DNA of 49,186 bases, taken from positions 1-49,186 of IMG/VR virus record IMGVR_UViG_3300025875_000044; one strand, given 5' to 3'. Numbering within the stretch: position 1 is the first letter of the stretch; every line of letters begins with the position of its first letter. Origin of the DNA: a virus. Lineage: Duplodnaviria; Caudoviricetes. The notes beneath the pieces are model-generated. The model did not search any database, was not told the origin of the DNA, and saw nothing but the letters and a program-made list of their open reading frames with translations. This document shows positions 8,808 through 18,967 of the stretch, piece after piece. A program made the translations under genes and the position numbers.

Positions 8808-10469
8808 TTAGTGCGGACGAGCTGTAAGCGTGAATGACCGTCGAGACCGACCAAGACCTCTACGCGATGCAGTCATAACCCGTTCGGGAACAGCTCTCGG
8901 CGCGGTGCTCACCAATGGCGCTGCATTGGGACTTTGCGCACGAACGGTTGCTGCTTCCTGGGTACGCTTCTTGGACGTTGCATGCACAGTGGCCTGCGCC
9001 GGTCCAAATGTGCCGCCGGGGGGAAGGATCGCGATGAGGATTGCGTCAGAGTCATCGGGTGATCGCCCAATACGCTTACGAACTTCATCCTTGGGTTCAA
9101 CGATGATCCTTCCCTTCTTGATGCGATAGCGAATGCTGGTCAGCTGGGACATCGCATCATCAGCGTCTTCGAGTTCGCTGAAGTCAAGCAGTCGGTGACG
9201 CAGCGCCTCACGCACGTACCAATGTGCTTCTGCACGTCGATTCTCGTACTGCTTGCTATCGACCGCTTGAGCCGCTGCGACGAACGGCTGCACAGACACC
9301 CCGGGAATGCGACGACGAATGTCAGCGATGAATCCGAAGCCGACACCAGTCGCATCGATGTGAATCATCGTGGCGCCCGACTCTTCTTGCGCCTTGACGA
9401 TCAGATCCGAAACGTCCTCAGGCTCCCCAGAACGGACGGACCAGCGCCGCAACACGCGACGACCACGACGCTCACGGATGATGGTCTCGTCGCCCGTCTC
9501 GCTGGCTGCGATGTCCACCCCGAGCTGTACATCCTCGAGCCGACGCCGACGAGATGATCCGTTCATCGTGTCATCGTCGTCGTCCAGTCCGCCGGCGCGC
9601 GCAATCGTTACGTCACCAAGACGGACAACAGACATCCCAGACTCGAGCGGGAACTCAGCAGCGATCTTTGATGCCCACAGTGCAGAATCTTCGCCCCACT
9701 TGACACGCTTGTCCTCAACCCAATCACGTGACAGAAGAACATTCCGCAGCTTCGCCGGTACCTGCTCACCAGAGAGGTTCGGAGTCTCCCATGCAGGAAT
9801 CTTCACGACAGTCCAGCCGTTGTACCGACCTTCCTCATCAGGCTCCTCGGCATGCTTGACGATGCGTGCAAACTCCGCCTGCGGGTCGTCAGGGTTGCCG
9901 ATAGCGAGAATGACAGCGCCCGTGTTGGTCGCCAGGGTGTCGACACCGTTCCACAGCTCGTTCGGAATGGCACCTGCCTCGTCCAGAATAATGAGGATGT
10001 GCTCCGCGTGAAGACCTTGGAAGGTACCTGGTGCGTAATCAGACGGCTTACGGCCAAGACCGGCCATGTAGCCGCCGATCCACCACTCGGTCTGATTGAC
10101 GCGACCAGGCAAGATGTTTGAACCGTCTTCGTTCTTCGCACCACCGTGAAGCGAGTTAATCTCGTTCCAGAGAATGGCGCGCACCTGCGTGTTGGTAGGT
10201 GCCGTCGTTACGACGCGTGCAGTACCGGGCGGCCACTTCGCAAGCCAACGTGCAGTTGCCAGTGAAGCGATGAACGATTTACCAGCGTCGTGGCACGACG
10301 GAACAGCGAGCTTCGGCACGATCTCGAGTAGTCGCAAGATCTCGCGCTGCTTCGACCACAAGTCGATCTTCATGACGTTCTTGGCCCACTTGACCGGATC
10401 AACCTCATCCGTCGACTGCATGAAGCGCGTTGCCAAGCTGGCAGAGATGTTGTCGTCCGTGATGGTCAT
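8808..10469 (-). CDS. terL: Terminase large subunit
   Basis: Walker A SCHDAGKS, Walker B IILDEAG, motif III GNP, nuclease LGVDIA and RSPDDSDA. Confidence 0.93.
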   Translation of the reverse strand: MTITDDNISASLATRFMQSTDEVDPVKWAKNVMKIDLWSKQREILRLLEIVPKLAVPSCHDAGKSFIASLATARWLAKWPPGTARVVTTAPTNTQVRAILWNEINSLHGGAKNEDGSNILPGRVNQTEWWIGGYMAGLGRKPSDYAPGTFQGLHAEHILIILDEAGAIPNELWNGVDTLATNTGAVILAIGNPDDPQAEFARIVKHAEEPDEEGRYNGWTVVKIPAWETPNLSGEQVPAKLRNVLLSRDWVEDKRVKWGEDSALWASKIAAEFPLESGMSVVRLGDVTIARAGGLDDDDDTMNGSSRRRRLEDVQLGVDIAASETGDETIIRERRGRRVLRRWSVRSGEPEDVSDLIVKAQEESGATMIHIDATGVGFGFIADIRRRIPGVSVQPFVAAAQAVDSKQYENRRAEAHWYVREALRHRLLDFSELEDADDAMSQLTSIRYRIKKGRIIVEPKDEVRKRIGRSPDDSDAILIAILPPGGTFGPAQATVHATSKKRTQEAATVRAQSPNAAPLVSTAPRAVPERVMTASRRGLGRSRRSFTLTARPH

Positions 10470-13400
10470 CGCAGCACCGTGAACGGCCGGGCAAATTTCA
10501 CAGGCTTAGGTCCTTCGGGCTCGGCTGTTACGTCATCCGGCTGTGTGCGAGCCGACATCATAGGCGCTGGCACGATGACCTGAACGGTTGGTGCAGACCA
10601 CTCTATCCAGCTCGACACCGAAGCGCGCATACGTTGCAGACCTGCACGCCAGTCCGCTACTGTGGTGACATCGAAGACAATATGATCCCAATCTCCTGTT
10701 GCGGGCGCAATAGACTGTACGAACACCTGGTCAGTTGCTGCATCAGTTACGCAGTAAATGGTAGTTATCGCGTTTAGCGGTGTCCGCATGTACAGTGAAA
10801 CACGTAGATGTGTTCCAGCAGGAACTACACCAGCAGGCAGATCGGCCGCGATGTACGATCCCCATCCTGCCGGTACAGCGGTGTTACGTGCCATTCGCCA
10901 GACAGGCGCGCCCGTCGGTCCTGTAGCCGTCGGCAACTGCCCACCGGTAGCGGACGCTCCGGTCGCATCACTGTAGATCGGACCGTTACGCAGTACAAGA
11001 CCCGTGACAAGCGGATCAATCTCACGGAGAACGATGTCTGTCATTGAGCGAACAGCGCGAAGACGCAACCGCAGCATGTCGATGCTAACATCAGCCCGCG
11101 CAGCAACGGCACGGACATGAATCAAGTTGCCGGTCATTCCAATAGAGAAAGTTGCGCGCTGCGCACCATGCTCGAGATTTCCTATTGCACTGATGTTGAC
11201 TGGCACAACAGCCCGAAGACGGCGGATCTGACGCATGCCGACACGAAGTTCAGCATCAACGTCAGCTGTCGTGTCTCGAACAATGGTCTGCGTTCCTGCA
11301 ACCGCCAGGGCGTCAGTCCCGCGGATCGTGTCTGCGGCGACACGGCTGCTGGTTCGCTGAACGGTGACAGCATCGGTGATACGTGCCGCGTCGGTCACGG
11401 TCCGAACGTTGGTGCGATTTAGCGTGACAGCATCTGTGATGATACCCGCGTCAGTACTGAGACGGTTCGTGCCAATCGCTACAGCATCCGTGATCGCCGC
11501 GGTGTCGCTAACCGGGACGCTCTGTCCCATGACGAACGTGACCGCGTCAGTTGCCCGCGCCTGATCTGCAGGAGCGCGAGCGATGTCCTGAACTGGTGCA
11601 GCTGCATCCGTTACGGTGACCGTGTCAGTGAAGTCACGCGTGACGACAGCGCCACCGGAACCGATATCCGTGGCGGTGATTGCATCAGCAACGACACGAG
11701 CCGTCGTCCGAACGATCGTGATCGTGTCGATCAGTGACGCGATGTCTGCCGGAAGCCGTGCACGGTCGTACACACCGATCGCAACGTCAGTCACCGTCAC
11801 TGCATCGGACTTGGTACCTTCACCGTACTCGTCCTGTGTCAGCGCCAGGGTTTCAGTTGCTGTAACCGCATCGCTAATGGTGACGAACTTGTTCTTCGTG
11901 ACCGATGCATCGTCAGACAGTGTTGCGATGTCGATCGGGAACATGCCCAGACTGACAAGCGCATCAACCGAGTCAGTCAGTTGCGCTGTGTCAGCTGGTG
12001 TTGGTGGCGCCCAGTCATGCGCGGCTGATGCGGCGTCCGTGATGCTGGCCGTGTCAGCCGACAAACGCGTAGTCGTACGCGTAGTGGACACGCTATCCGT
12101 GGCGGTGACCGTCTCAGCCGCTACGCGTTGGCCTGTAGTGGTCGTGCTAGCCGCGTCGGTGGCCGTTGCCGCATCTGTACGACTCGGGGTGTAGATCGCT
12201 CCCGTACTGGCGGCGTCAGTTGCAGTGACGACGTCGGCCGCCGTAGCACGACGACCAGCCGACACGATGACGGTGTCGGTCAGCGTGGCTGCGTCCACAC
12301 TCGTCTTTGCGTAGTCAACGGGCGCCACTGCGGCATTAACGTTGTCGACTTCGGCATAGTTGGGCGTTCCTGCATCACGATTCGCTACGAACTGCACCGA
12401 ACTGTTCGGCGAACCATCAACCCAACTTGGTGTGGGAGCTGTCTTGCGGGTTGTCCACGTTGCGCCGTCAGGACTGGTGTCCCAGTATGTCGTACCGTTC
12501 GATTCACGAAGTCGCAACCACGCATGAGCGATCGGATCATACGGAACCTTGACCTGTGCCGGATCGTAGTACCCGGACTCGGCCGCAAGCATAAGTTCGC
12601 CAAGTGCAGGATCAATGCGTGCTAGGATGCGTGTTCCCTGCACGTTCGCATTGATGGTGAAGTCGATTGACGTCGATGCTGCACCGGCGGCCGCGTGCGG
12701 ATACACACGGGCGTAGACAGATCCGCCCCTAAGCGTGTACGCCTTGGCCGTTTCGATGTTCTCGTAACTATTGACGCCAACAGGAATTCGAGCACGTCCA
12801 CTGACCAAAGTCGTGTTCGCACTACGAATCGTGAAGCTGCCCCAACCGGAGCCGGCTGCTTCAAAGTCTGCGATGACGTCAAGAACTGTTCCGGTCGCGC
12901 TTCCACCCACAGGCTGTGGCGTCAGCCCAAGAAGATCGCGCGCCAGAGGCACCCAGTAAACTCCGGCATTAGGAGCTGACGCACCATAGTACGTGGAGAC
13001 GAACGTGTTAGGCACGCCTGTGCTCATCTGCGGCGAATTGCCGTCAGATTCACCAGGAGCCTTGATCCAAAGAGCTGCACGTACATTTGTCTGGTCACTG
13101 ACCGGACCAGGTGCGCGACCAAGACGACGACCTGGCGGGTTACACCATGTCTGTCCTGCGTCAAACCATGGCTGTGCGCCGGGGAAATCAGATGTAAGAG
13201 GACCGACACCATTGCGGGAAGTGTCCATGACAAACTTCTTGCCCGTGATGCCCAAGCTGCCAAGCTGCGCGATTACAGAGTTGCCGTATGCGATAACGGT
13301 CGCTTCAGACTCGTAACCGGAAGTATTGTTGGCAAAGCCAGCAATCTTGATGATGTCAATCTGTTGCAAGAGGCTGGCCTGTTCAGCCGCCGGAACCCAG

Positions 13401-14587
13401 CCGGACGCGTCGACATACACCTCAGCGTTCGGGATGTCTGCCAAGATGTCGATCGCCTGGCGCATGGTTTCGAGACGCTCAGCCTTTGTTGTGGCGTCAA
13501 GATTGCGTGCCAAGCCAAGAGCATCAGCTTCGTACACGATGATGGCTGGTGCGTTGCCTACACCGTTTTTGACAACACTCGTGATGAAGTTGAGGTATGC
13601 TGCCCGGTTCGCAAAGCCACCAGCGCTATACTGGCCATTGTCACGTCCAGGGATGGCGTACACCGAAAGAACAAGCGTCTTACCAGCTGCTGCGGTAGCC
13701 CACGATGAGACGTCGAACTGAGTCGTCCCCTCGGTGATCCACATTGCCTGCGGCGTGTTGGCAATCGGTGCAAGTTCCGGGTACGCACCAACAAGATTAT
13801 CAACCTGGTGCGGACCACGCCAGAGGTTCGTCGGACTGATGATGCCGGCGATGACGGTGTCTGTGCTCGTGGCAGTGTCAGCGTGCGATACCGACAAGTT
13901 CTGCGCGACAGGCGCCGGTCGAAGAAGTAAGTAGATGCCGACAGATGTAGCCGCAGCTTGCGGAAGACCTCCCCGTGTTCCTGTCGCCGCACTATTGTTG
14001 AGCGGCGTTTCCCAGTATGCGGCACCAGACCGCCCAGCTGTCGATGAAACAGTGACTTCTTGCCATGTATCGAGCCACTCAACAACGTTTGTGCCGTTGA
14101 CAACACCATTCTTCTGTGGTTCCCACTTAACATATGCGCCTAAAAATCCGGTTACGCCCCAAACCGGCATACATCCAGTTGTAGTAGGAGTTTGTGAAGG
14201 AATGCTAATAGCCGTGTTTGCTGCAGTCGAATCGCCGATGAAGTTTGTTGGAGTACCATCAAGCGGATTTGTTTGATCGACGCCCGAGACTGCCATCATT
14301 TTGAACGATCGAAGAACAGCCGGTCCAGTTACTGTTACAGATGACGCATTAACATCAATAGATGTTGCGATACGCCACATAAATGTGAAACGTGTAAAAT
14401 CACCACCGGATGCTTGCGCATCAATAACAGACCAACCTAGAGCGGAAAATGCAGTATTAGCGCGTGCAGGAATAGCAATAAGCAAAAAGTCGCCGATAAC
14501 CACATTATCTGGGTACGCAACAGTACTTGTCGTACCTGTCGCAGCATAAACAGCAATAGGGCCGATCTTGGGAGTTCCGATTGCCAC
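10466..14587 (-). CDS. Fibre-like virion protein with GH6 glycoside hydrolase (cellulase) domain, lectin-like domain and Thr/Asp/Ala repeats
   Basis: GH6 motifs VYAIPGRD, YEADAL, MDTSRNG, WCNPPGR, LWIKAPGESDG; WLRLRESNGTTYWDTSPDG beta-domain; ~20-aa xDxAxITDAV repeats; no signal peptide. Confidence 0.8.
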   Translation of the reverse strand: MAIGTPKIGPIAVYAATGTTSTVAYPDNVVIGDFLLIAIPARANTAFSALGWSVIDAQASGGDFTRFTFMWRIATSIDVNASSVTVTGPAVLRSFKMMAVSGVDQTNPLDGTPTNFIGDSTAANTAISIPSQTPTTTGCMPVWGVTGFLGAYVKWEPQKNGVVNGTNVVEWLDTWQEVTVSSTAGRSGAAYWETPLNNSAATGTRGGLPQAAATSVGIYLLLRPAPVAQNLSVSHADTATSTDTVIAGIISPTNLWRGPHQVDNLVGAYPELAPIANTPQAMWITEGTTQFDVSSWATAAAGKTLVLSVYAIPGRDNGQYSAGGFANRAAYLNFITSVVKNGVGNAPAIIVYEADALGLARNLDATTKAERLETMRQAIDILADIPNAEVYVDASGWVPAAEQASLLQQIDIIKIAGFANNTSGYESEATVIAYGNSVIAQLGSLGITGKKFVMDTSRNGVGPLTSDFPGAQPWFDAGQTWCNPPGRRLGRAPGPVSDQTNVRAALWIKAPGESDGNSPQMSTGVPNTFVSTYYGASAPNAGVYWVPLARDLLGLTPQPVGGSATGTVLDVIADFEAAGSGWGSFTIRSANTTLVSGRARIPVGVNSYENIETAKAYTLRGGSVYARVYPHAAAGAASTSIDFTINANVQGTRILARIDPALGELMLAAESGYYDPAQVKVPYDPIAHAWLRLRESNGTTYWDTSPDGATWTTRKTAPTPSWVDGSPNSSVQFVANRDAGTPNYAEVDNVNAAVAPVDYAKTSVDAATLTDTVIVSAGRRATAADVVTATDAASTGAIYTPSRTDAATATDAASTTTTGQRVAAETVTATDSVSTTRTTTRLSADTASITDAASAAHDWAPPTPADTAQLTDSVDALVSLGMFPIDIATLSDDASVTKNKFVTISDAVTATETLALTQDEYGEGTKSDAVTVTDVAIGVYDRARLPADIASLIDTITIVRTTARVVADAITATDIGSGGAVVTRDFTDTVTVTDAAAPVQDIARAPADQARATDAVTFVMGQSVPVSDTAAITDAVAIGTNRLSTDAGIITDAVTLNRTNVRTVTDAARITDAVTVQRTSSRVAADTIRGTDALAVAGTQTIVRDTTADVDAELRVGMRQIRRLRAVVPVNISAIGNLEHGAQRATFSIGMTGNLIHVRAVAARADVSIDMLRLRLRAVRSMTDIVLREIDPLVTGLVLRNGPIYSDATGASATGGQLPTATGPTGAPVWRMARNTAVPAGWGSYIAADLPAGVVPAGTHLRVSLYMRTPLNAITTIYCVTDAATDQVFVQSIAPATGDWDHIVFDVTTVADWRAGLQRMRASVSSWIEWSAPTVQVIVPAPMMSARTQPDDVTAEPEGPKPVKFARPFTVLR
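11260..12310 (-). repeat. Degenerate ~20-aa tandem protein repeats (D-x-A-x-[ILV]-T-D-A-[VA])
   Basis: VDAATLTDTV, ADVVTATDAA, ADTASITDAA, SDTAAITDAV, TDAGIITDAV, TDAARITDAV etc. Confidence 0.8.
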
Positions 14588-14659
14588 GGTACCTCCCTAG
14601 ACCGGCCCTATTGCCTTCTTATGTCCCTCTCCCCTGTAATGGGGCCGAACTGGCCGTGA

Positions 14660-15862
14660 TTAGCGGCGGTGCGACTTTTGCACCGTAGCGCTGCTGCACG
14701 GCAGAGTCCGGAAGCTTCCGGACTGCTTGACCGTGCCGTTTGGCGCCTCGATGGTGTAGGTCAGCGCCGTGTTGCACCGCTGCTCGTTGAAGGTCAGCGT
14801 GACAGCACCGTTCTTCGTCGTGTAGAGGTAGTTCCCACTTGACAGACGAACGTACGTGCGACCGTTGTACGAAGTCGGCACGTTGATGACGAACTTCGCC
14901 CCATTCTCCGTCGGCGTGACCTTCTCGTCCCAAGACGCGGTCGGAGTCGGAGTCGGCGTGGGCGTCGGAGTCGGAGTCGGCGTGGGCGTCGGAGTTGGAG
15001 TCGGAGTCGGAGTCGGAGTCGGAGTCGAGATCGGCTCTGCCGGCGTAAGATGCTGCGTGATCTCGCGATCCATCACGCGAGCGAAATCCGAGCGACTGTG
15101 CCCCTGTCCCTGCGTCCACGTTGCGTCGGTATCGAACCCGGCATTCGTGTACCAGTTGTACCCACCGCGGGCGCCCCACGACTGGGTACTGTAGGCCTCG
15201 TCCGCCGTGCCAGTGTCGAACGACACGACCGTGTTGGCTTTGTACGTAGCCGAGAAGTTCACCACGACAGCCGGAGCACCACCGTAGGCGATGGGCACGG
15301 CCAGATCGACAGACTGCGCTTCACCGTAGGTTGGCAGGAACCAGCGCGTGGTCCACTGAGCGCCGGAGCTGTAGCCACCGATCACGACACGATCATTCTC
15401 GATGTCGTACTGGTTCTTAATGTGCGTCATCAGCGCATTGGACCACGCAGCCTTATCGACCGCATCAGGCTGACTCGACTCGTTGTACCAGCAATTGTCC
15501 GTACCATCACAATTGGGTGCGGGAGCCTCTGGCGTCACCAAGAGCAGGTTGTGCTGCTTTGCCACAGCAACGAGTCCCATGTCGCCGTCTGCGTCGAGAA
15601 GGTATGCGTTATTCGGGTTGTCAAGTCCATATCCGCCTGAACCGTCCCCGTACATGAGAAGACCAACGGTCTTCGTCCAGTCGAGACCTTCAGCGAAGAT
15701 ATGATAGTCTGACGTAAGACCATTCGCACTGAATGGTACATTGAGACGGTCCGTCAGCGGTCCGCCTGATCCGCCGGACGGTGCCGCGACCGCAGCCGTT
15801 GCACCGCCCAACGTGATCAGAAGCGCAGAGGCAGCCGCGACTGCCTTGGCCGAACGATTCAT
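14660..15862 (-). CDS. Secreted alpha/beta-hydrolase (esterase/PHB-depolymerase-like) with Pro-Thr linker and small C-terminal beta domain
   Basis: Signal peptide MNRSAKAVAAASALLITLGGATAAVAA; nucleophile GYSSG; candidate D and H in GTAD and GQGH; (PT)n linker. Confidence 0.8.
   Translation of the reverse strand: MNRSAKAVAAASALLITLGGATAAVAAPSGGSGGPLTDRLNVPFSANGLTSDYHIFAEGLDWTKTVGLLMYGDGSGGYGLDNPNNAYLLDADGDMGLVAVAKQHNLLLVTPEAPAPNCDGTDNCWYNESSQPDAVDKAAWSNALMTHIKNQYDIENDRVVIGGYSSGAQWTTRWFLPTYGEAQSVDLAVPIAYGGAPAVVVNFSATYKANTVVSFDTGTADEAYSTQSWGARGGYNWYTNAGFDTDATWTQGQGHSRSDFARVMDREITQHLTPAEPISTPTPTPTPTPTPTPTPTPTPTPTPTPTPTASWDEKVTPTENGAKFVINVPTSYNGRTYVRLSSGNYLYTTKNGAVTLTFNEQRCNTALTYTIEAPNGTVKQSGSFRTLPCSSATVQKSHRR
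14940..15026 (-). repeat. Pro-Thr linker hexanucleotide repeat (~14 copies)
   Basis: (ggagtc/ggcgtg/ggcgtc)n on the plus strand. Confidence 0.95.
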
Positions 15863-15891
15863 GATGTGCCTCTCGATTCCTGCTCGGTGAA

Positions 15892-16398
15892 TCACTGACC
15901 TGTCAGCGTATGCGTCCAGGTGACAGTCAGGGTATCACTAGCGCCCTTGGATCCGATACCAGTGAGCAGAACTCGAGCGACAGTCGCACCCACCGCAGAT
16001 GTCGCGTCAGTGAGCGCTTCATTCACGATGACAGCCTCGGTGATAGCCGTAGCCGATGAAGCCTTGCCGGCAGCATAGGTGACGCGATACGTCACAATAC
16101 GACCACCAGACGTTGAACCCTGCGGGTAGCTGGCGTCGAAGGCCTGCTGCGAGTTGGCGAGGTACGTCACCAGAGCAGCACCGGCTCCCGTCTTTGCAAC
16201 CGCAGTCCCACCCGTGCCCAGCTTCATTCCCGTGGGCGCTGCAGGCATGCCGCTGACACCGGCGCCGCGATCAGCGTACACCTGATCACCGTACGACGTG
16301 ATGATGTTGTGAGCAGATCCCTGTCGCTTAACCTTGCCGTTCTCGTCCCGAAGCTCCCAGATCACATTGTCCTGGACGCCGCTCGTGTCATCGCTCAT
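15892..16398 (-). CDS. Virion structural protein (minor tail/fibre-associated)
   Basis: HNIITSYG, MKLGTG, ITEAVI, KGASDTLTVTWT motifs typical of phage structural proteins. Confidence 0.65.
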   Translation of the reverse strand: MSDDTSGVQDNVIWELRDENGKVKRQGSAHNIITSYGDQVYADRGAGVSGMPAAPTGMKLGTGGTAVAKTGAGAALVTYLANSQQAFDASYPQGSTSGGRIVTYRVTYAAGKASSATAITEAVIVNEALTDATSAVGATVARVLLTGIGSKGASDTLTVTWTHTLTGQ

Positions 16399-16414
16399 GT
16401 TGTTGCCTCTCTGG

Positions 16415-16807
16415 TCAGTCGCCGGTTACGACGAGCTCACCGATGGCGAACTCGGCAGGATCGCCTGCATCAAACGTGCGGGCAGTGGTGAGAAGTGCGT
16501 GCAGCCAACGCCAGGGGGTCGGTGCAGAATCGTACACAGCGAACGCGACGACGATTCCAGAAGGCATGTTCTCGAACCGAATGAGGTTGGTGTTGCGCAC
16601 CGTGGTAACGCCACCGGCTGTCGCGGCCGGAGTCGGGACGTACACCTGACGTGAGTAACCACCGCCAACAACTTCGGTTCCTGGATTGACATCGTCACCA
16701 GCGATCGTCAAGAGTGCGATCTGCATCGGACCAACGGGGGCAACGGTCGCCTGTGCCATAATCCAGTTCAGCACGCGTTCCGCAGAGCTGTCGGTCAATG
16801 CAGCCAT
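16415..16807 (-). CDS. Virion structural protein (tail-fibre-associated)
   Basis: IALLT...EVVGGGYSRQ...IRF...FAVYD...FAIGEL pattern; RBS AAGGAG. Confidence 0.65.
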   Translation of the reverse strand: MAALTDSSAERVLNWIMAQATVAPVGPMQIALLTIAGDDVNPGTEVVGGGYSRQVYVPTPAATAGGVTTVRNTNLIRFENMPSGIVVAFAVYDSAPTPWRWLHALLTTARTFDAGDPAEFAIGELVVTGD

Positions 16808-16847
16808 GTCACTCCTTCATCAAGCGTTGGGATTGACGATAGCCGGG

Positions 16848-17153
16848 TCAAGCGCGGTCTGCTGCGTGGCGTCCCGGCTTGTCTTCCTTGGGCTCGGACT
16901 CGGGTGCAGGCTCAAGCACTGCACCCGAAACAGTTGCAGGCAGTAATGCTGGACTCTCAGGATCACCAACCATTGATCCAGCGAGTCCCTTGAGGAACGA
17001 GAATATCGCGGCAGTTCCTGCACCCGTTGCAGCTGCAACAAGTTGTTCCTTGGAGTTGATGACTACCGTCACACTTAAACCGCCCAATGCGCCACCGGCT
17101 GCACTTGCGACAACGCGTTCAGCCAAGCGAGTCCAGAACACCATGGTGAACAT
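16848..17153 (-). CDS. Holin (r1t-like)
   Basis: FWTRLAERVV motif, two hydrophobic helices, charged tail; TGATG overlap with lysin stop. Confidence 0.75.
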   Translation of the reverse strand: MFTMVFWTRLAERVVASAAGGALGGLSVTVVINSKEQLVAAATGAGTAAIFSFLKGLAGSMVGDPESPALLPATVSGAVLEPAPESEPKEDKPGRHAADRA

Positions 17154-18061
17154 CACGGACGCCATCCCAGGTCCCAAGACTTACCGATGACCTGCTTGCC
17201 CATGATGCCGTCAACATCAAGGCCGTACCGCGCCTGGAACTTACGCACTGCATCTTCCGTCTGCGGGCCAAAGTTGTTCGCCACGGGCTTGATGATCGGA
17301 AGAAGTGCAGGAACAAAGTTATAAGCGTTGTACCAGCGCTGCCAGCTCGCGATACGCGGATCAGTCATGCCGCGTCGGAACGTGGGCAAGCCGTGACTGT
17401 CACCGGCGTATCGGCCCGGCGCAGGTGCCGGCACCGGAGCAGGAGAACTACCACCGAGGATGTACCACGTAGCGTTCGAGTCGAATCCGGCTACCACCGT
17501 GGAGAACGAGATGTGGAAGTGAGCAGTGTGCTTGTTCGCACCGGTGTAGATAGCCCAGCCGCTGAAGTCCGGCTTGGTGATGCGGCCATTGAAGATGATG
17601 TACCCACCGTTACGCAGACGCGGGTCACCAGCAAGGCCAAGGAGGCGGAGCTGCTCTACGATCGCCGCAGCGTCGATACCATCTTTATCGACATCACGCG
17701 CCCGGACAACGCCGTACGCGCCGACAACGATCCACGGATTGTGATCCGAGGAACGCGTTGCGTGCGCCGCATCACCGATCGTTCCATCACTGGCCTTGTC
17801 ACGTCGCGGGTACTTCGCATTAAGTGCTTCCACGAAGCGCATCGACGCGTTGCAGTTGCGCCAAGGGCGTGCGCCGCGGGGAACAGCCTTGCGCGGAGTG
17901 AGCTTGCGCTTGACGCGCCGCACCATCTTGAGTGCTCGAGGCGTGGGCGGCGGATTGGTGGGTGCGTCAGCATCGGCACCTACGTACTTGAACGGGTACG
18001 AGTGGTCCTCTTCACCAGCAGTGAGCGCGCGGGGGCCGTTCTGGTGCGTTAGATCGACCAT
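17153..18061 (-). CDS. Endolysin: M15-like Zn peptidase plus peptidoglycan-binding domain
   Basis: DGTIGDAAH...SDHNP...RDVD...YIIFNGRI...HTAHFHIS; C-terminal FGPQTEDAVRKFQARYGLDVDGIMG. Confidence 0.85.
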   Translation of the reverse strand: MVDLTHQNGPRALTAGEEDHSYPFKYVGADADAPTNPPPTPRALKMVRRVKRKLTPRKAVPRGARPWRNCNASMRFVEALNAKYPRRDKASDGTIGDAAHATRSSDHNPWIVVGAYGVVRARDVDKDGIDAAAIVEQLRLLGLAGDPRLRNGGYIIFNGRITKPDFSGWAIYTGANKHTAHFHISFSTVVAGFDSNATWYILGGSSPAPVPAPAPGRYAGDSHGLPTFRRGMTDPRIASWQRWYNAYNFVPALLPIIKPVANNFGPQTEDAVRKFQARYGLDVDGIMGKQVIGKSWDLGWRP

Positions 18062-18062
18062 G

Positions 18063-18938
18063 TCAGTTTCCATTCTGCGAGGCGATCCACGCGCGGATGC
18101 TCTTCCGAGCCTTATCGCGCTTGGGGATCGAGTACGGGTTCTTGTCCCAGGAGGTGAAGTCAGCAGTTGGAAAGTCCATCGGCACGATCGGCGACACAAC
18201 GATCGGCGAGACGGGACCAACTGGCTCGGGCTTCGGCTTCGTGCGCGGAATGAGTACCGTGATGTCACCCTGCATCGCCAGCAGCCGCGTGAACGTCGGG
18301 GTGCTCATGGCGAACGTACCACGCTTGCCCCACTTGTCCGTCCAGGAGTTGTAAAACCACCAAAGATCAGCAGCGAGATCGTACTTGAAGCACTCGTACT
18401 CGTGACCACCAGCAGGCTTCCCGATCGCCTCGACCACGCCGTTCTTATCAGGATACTCCATCGACGAGAACCACATGGTGCCAACCGCCAGGGGGACTTC
18501 CTGAATGGCGGCGTGCGCCTCTCCGATAGACATTGCGTGTCGATAGCCGGAGATGAAGCCGCGCTTCACCAGGATCTTACCCAACGACAGCCCGTCAGTG
18601 CCGGTGTCATCCGGCTCGTACTGTCCTGGGAAGTCATCGATAGTGGTGATCTCTCGATAGAGATCCACGGCGTACGCCTGAGTGAGCATCTTCTGCTCGG
18701 TCGCGGTCAGTGTCGACCAGAACGGCTCCGTGCCAAGAATGCCGACACCGGTGTTCGGAACGCACGTACCCAGGTTGCCCTGATTGAGAACGGGCAACGC
18801 GCGCTTGTGCTCAACTGACTTTGGCTGAGCAGTTCGTGCCATGCGATATGCGACTGAGCGCGGGTCGTGACGGACATGCCGCCCCATACGCCGCTCAGGA
18901 TTGATGATCTCTGGAATCAGGAGTTCACGGTCCGCCAC
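18063..18938 (-). CDS. Papain-like (C1) cysteine peptidase
   Basis: NQGNLGTCVPN (Q, C), GGHE (H), NSWTDKWG (N). Confidence 0.85.
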   Translation of the reverse strand: MADRELLIPEIINPERRMGRHVRHDPRSVAYRMARTAQPKSVEHKRALPVLNQGNLGTCVPNTGVGILGTEPFWSTLTATEQKMLTQAYAVDLYREITTIDDFPGQYEPDDTGTDGLSLGKILVKRGFISGYRHAMSIGEAHAAIQEVPLAVGTMWFSSMEYPDKNGVVEAIGKPAGGHEYECFKYDLAADLWWFYNSWTDKWGKRGTFAMSTPTFTRLLAMQGDITVLIPRTKPKPEPVGPVSPIVVSPIVPMDFPTADFTSWDKNPYSIPKRDKARKSIRAWIASQNGN

Positions 18939-18967
18939 GCGGCGATCGTACAACCTAAGCGTGTCAG

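Noticed and set aside
14619-15179. ORF with a DSDSDS repeat resembling Sdr adhesins
   Set aside because: Alternative frame of the Pro-Thr linker of the esterase
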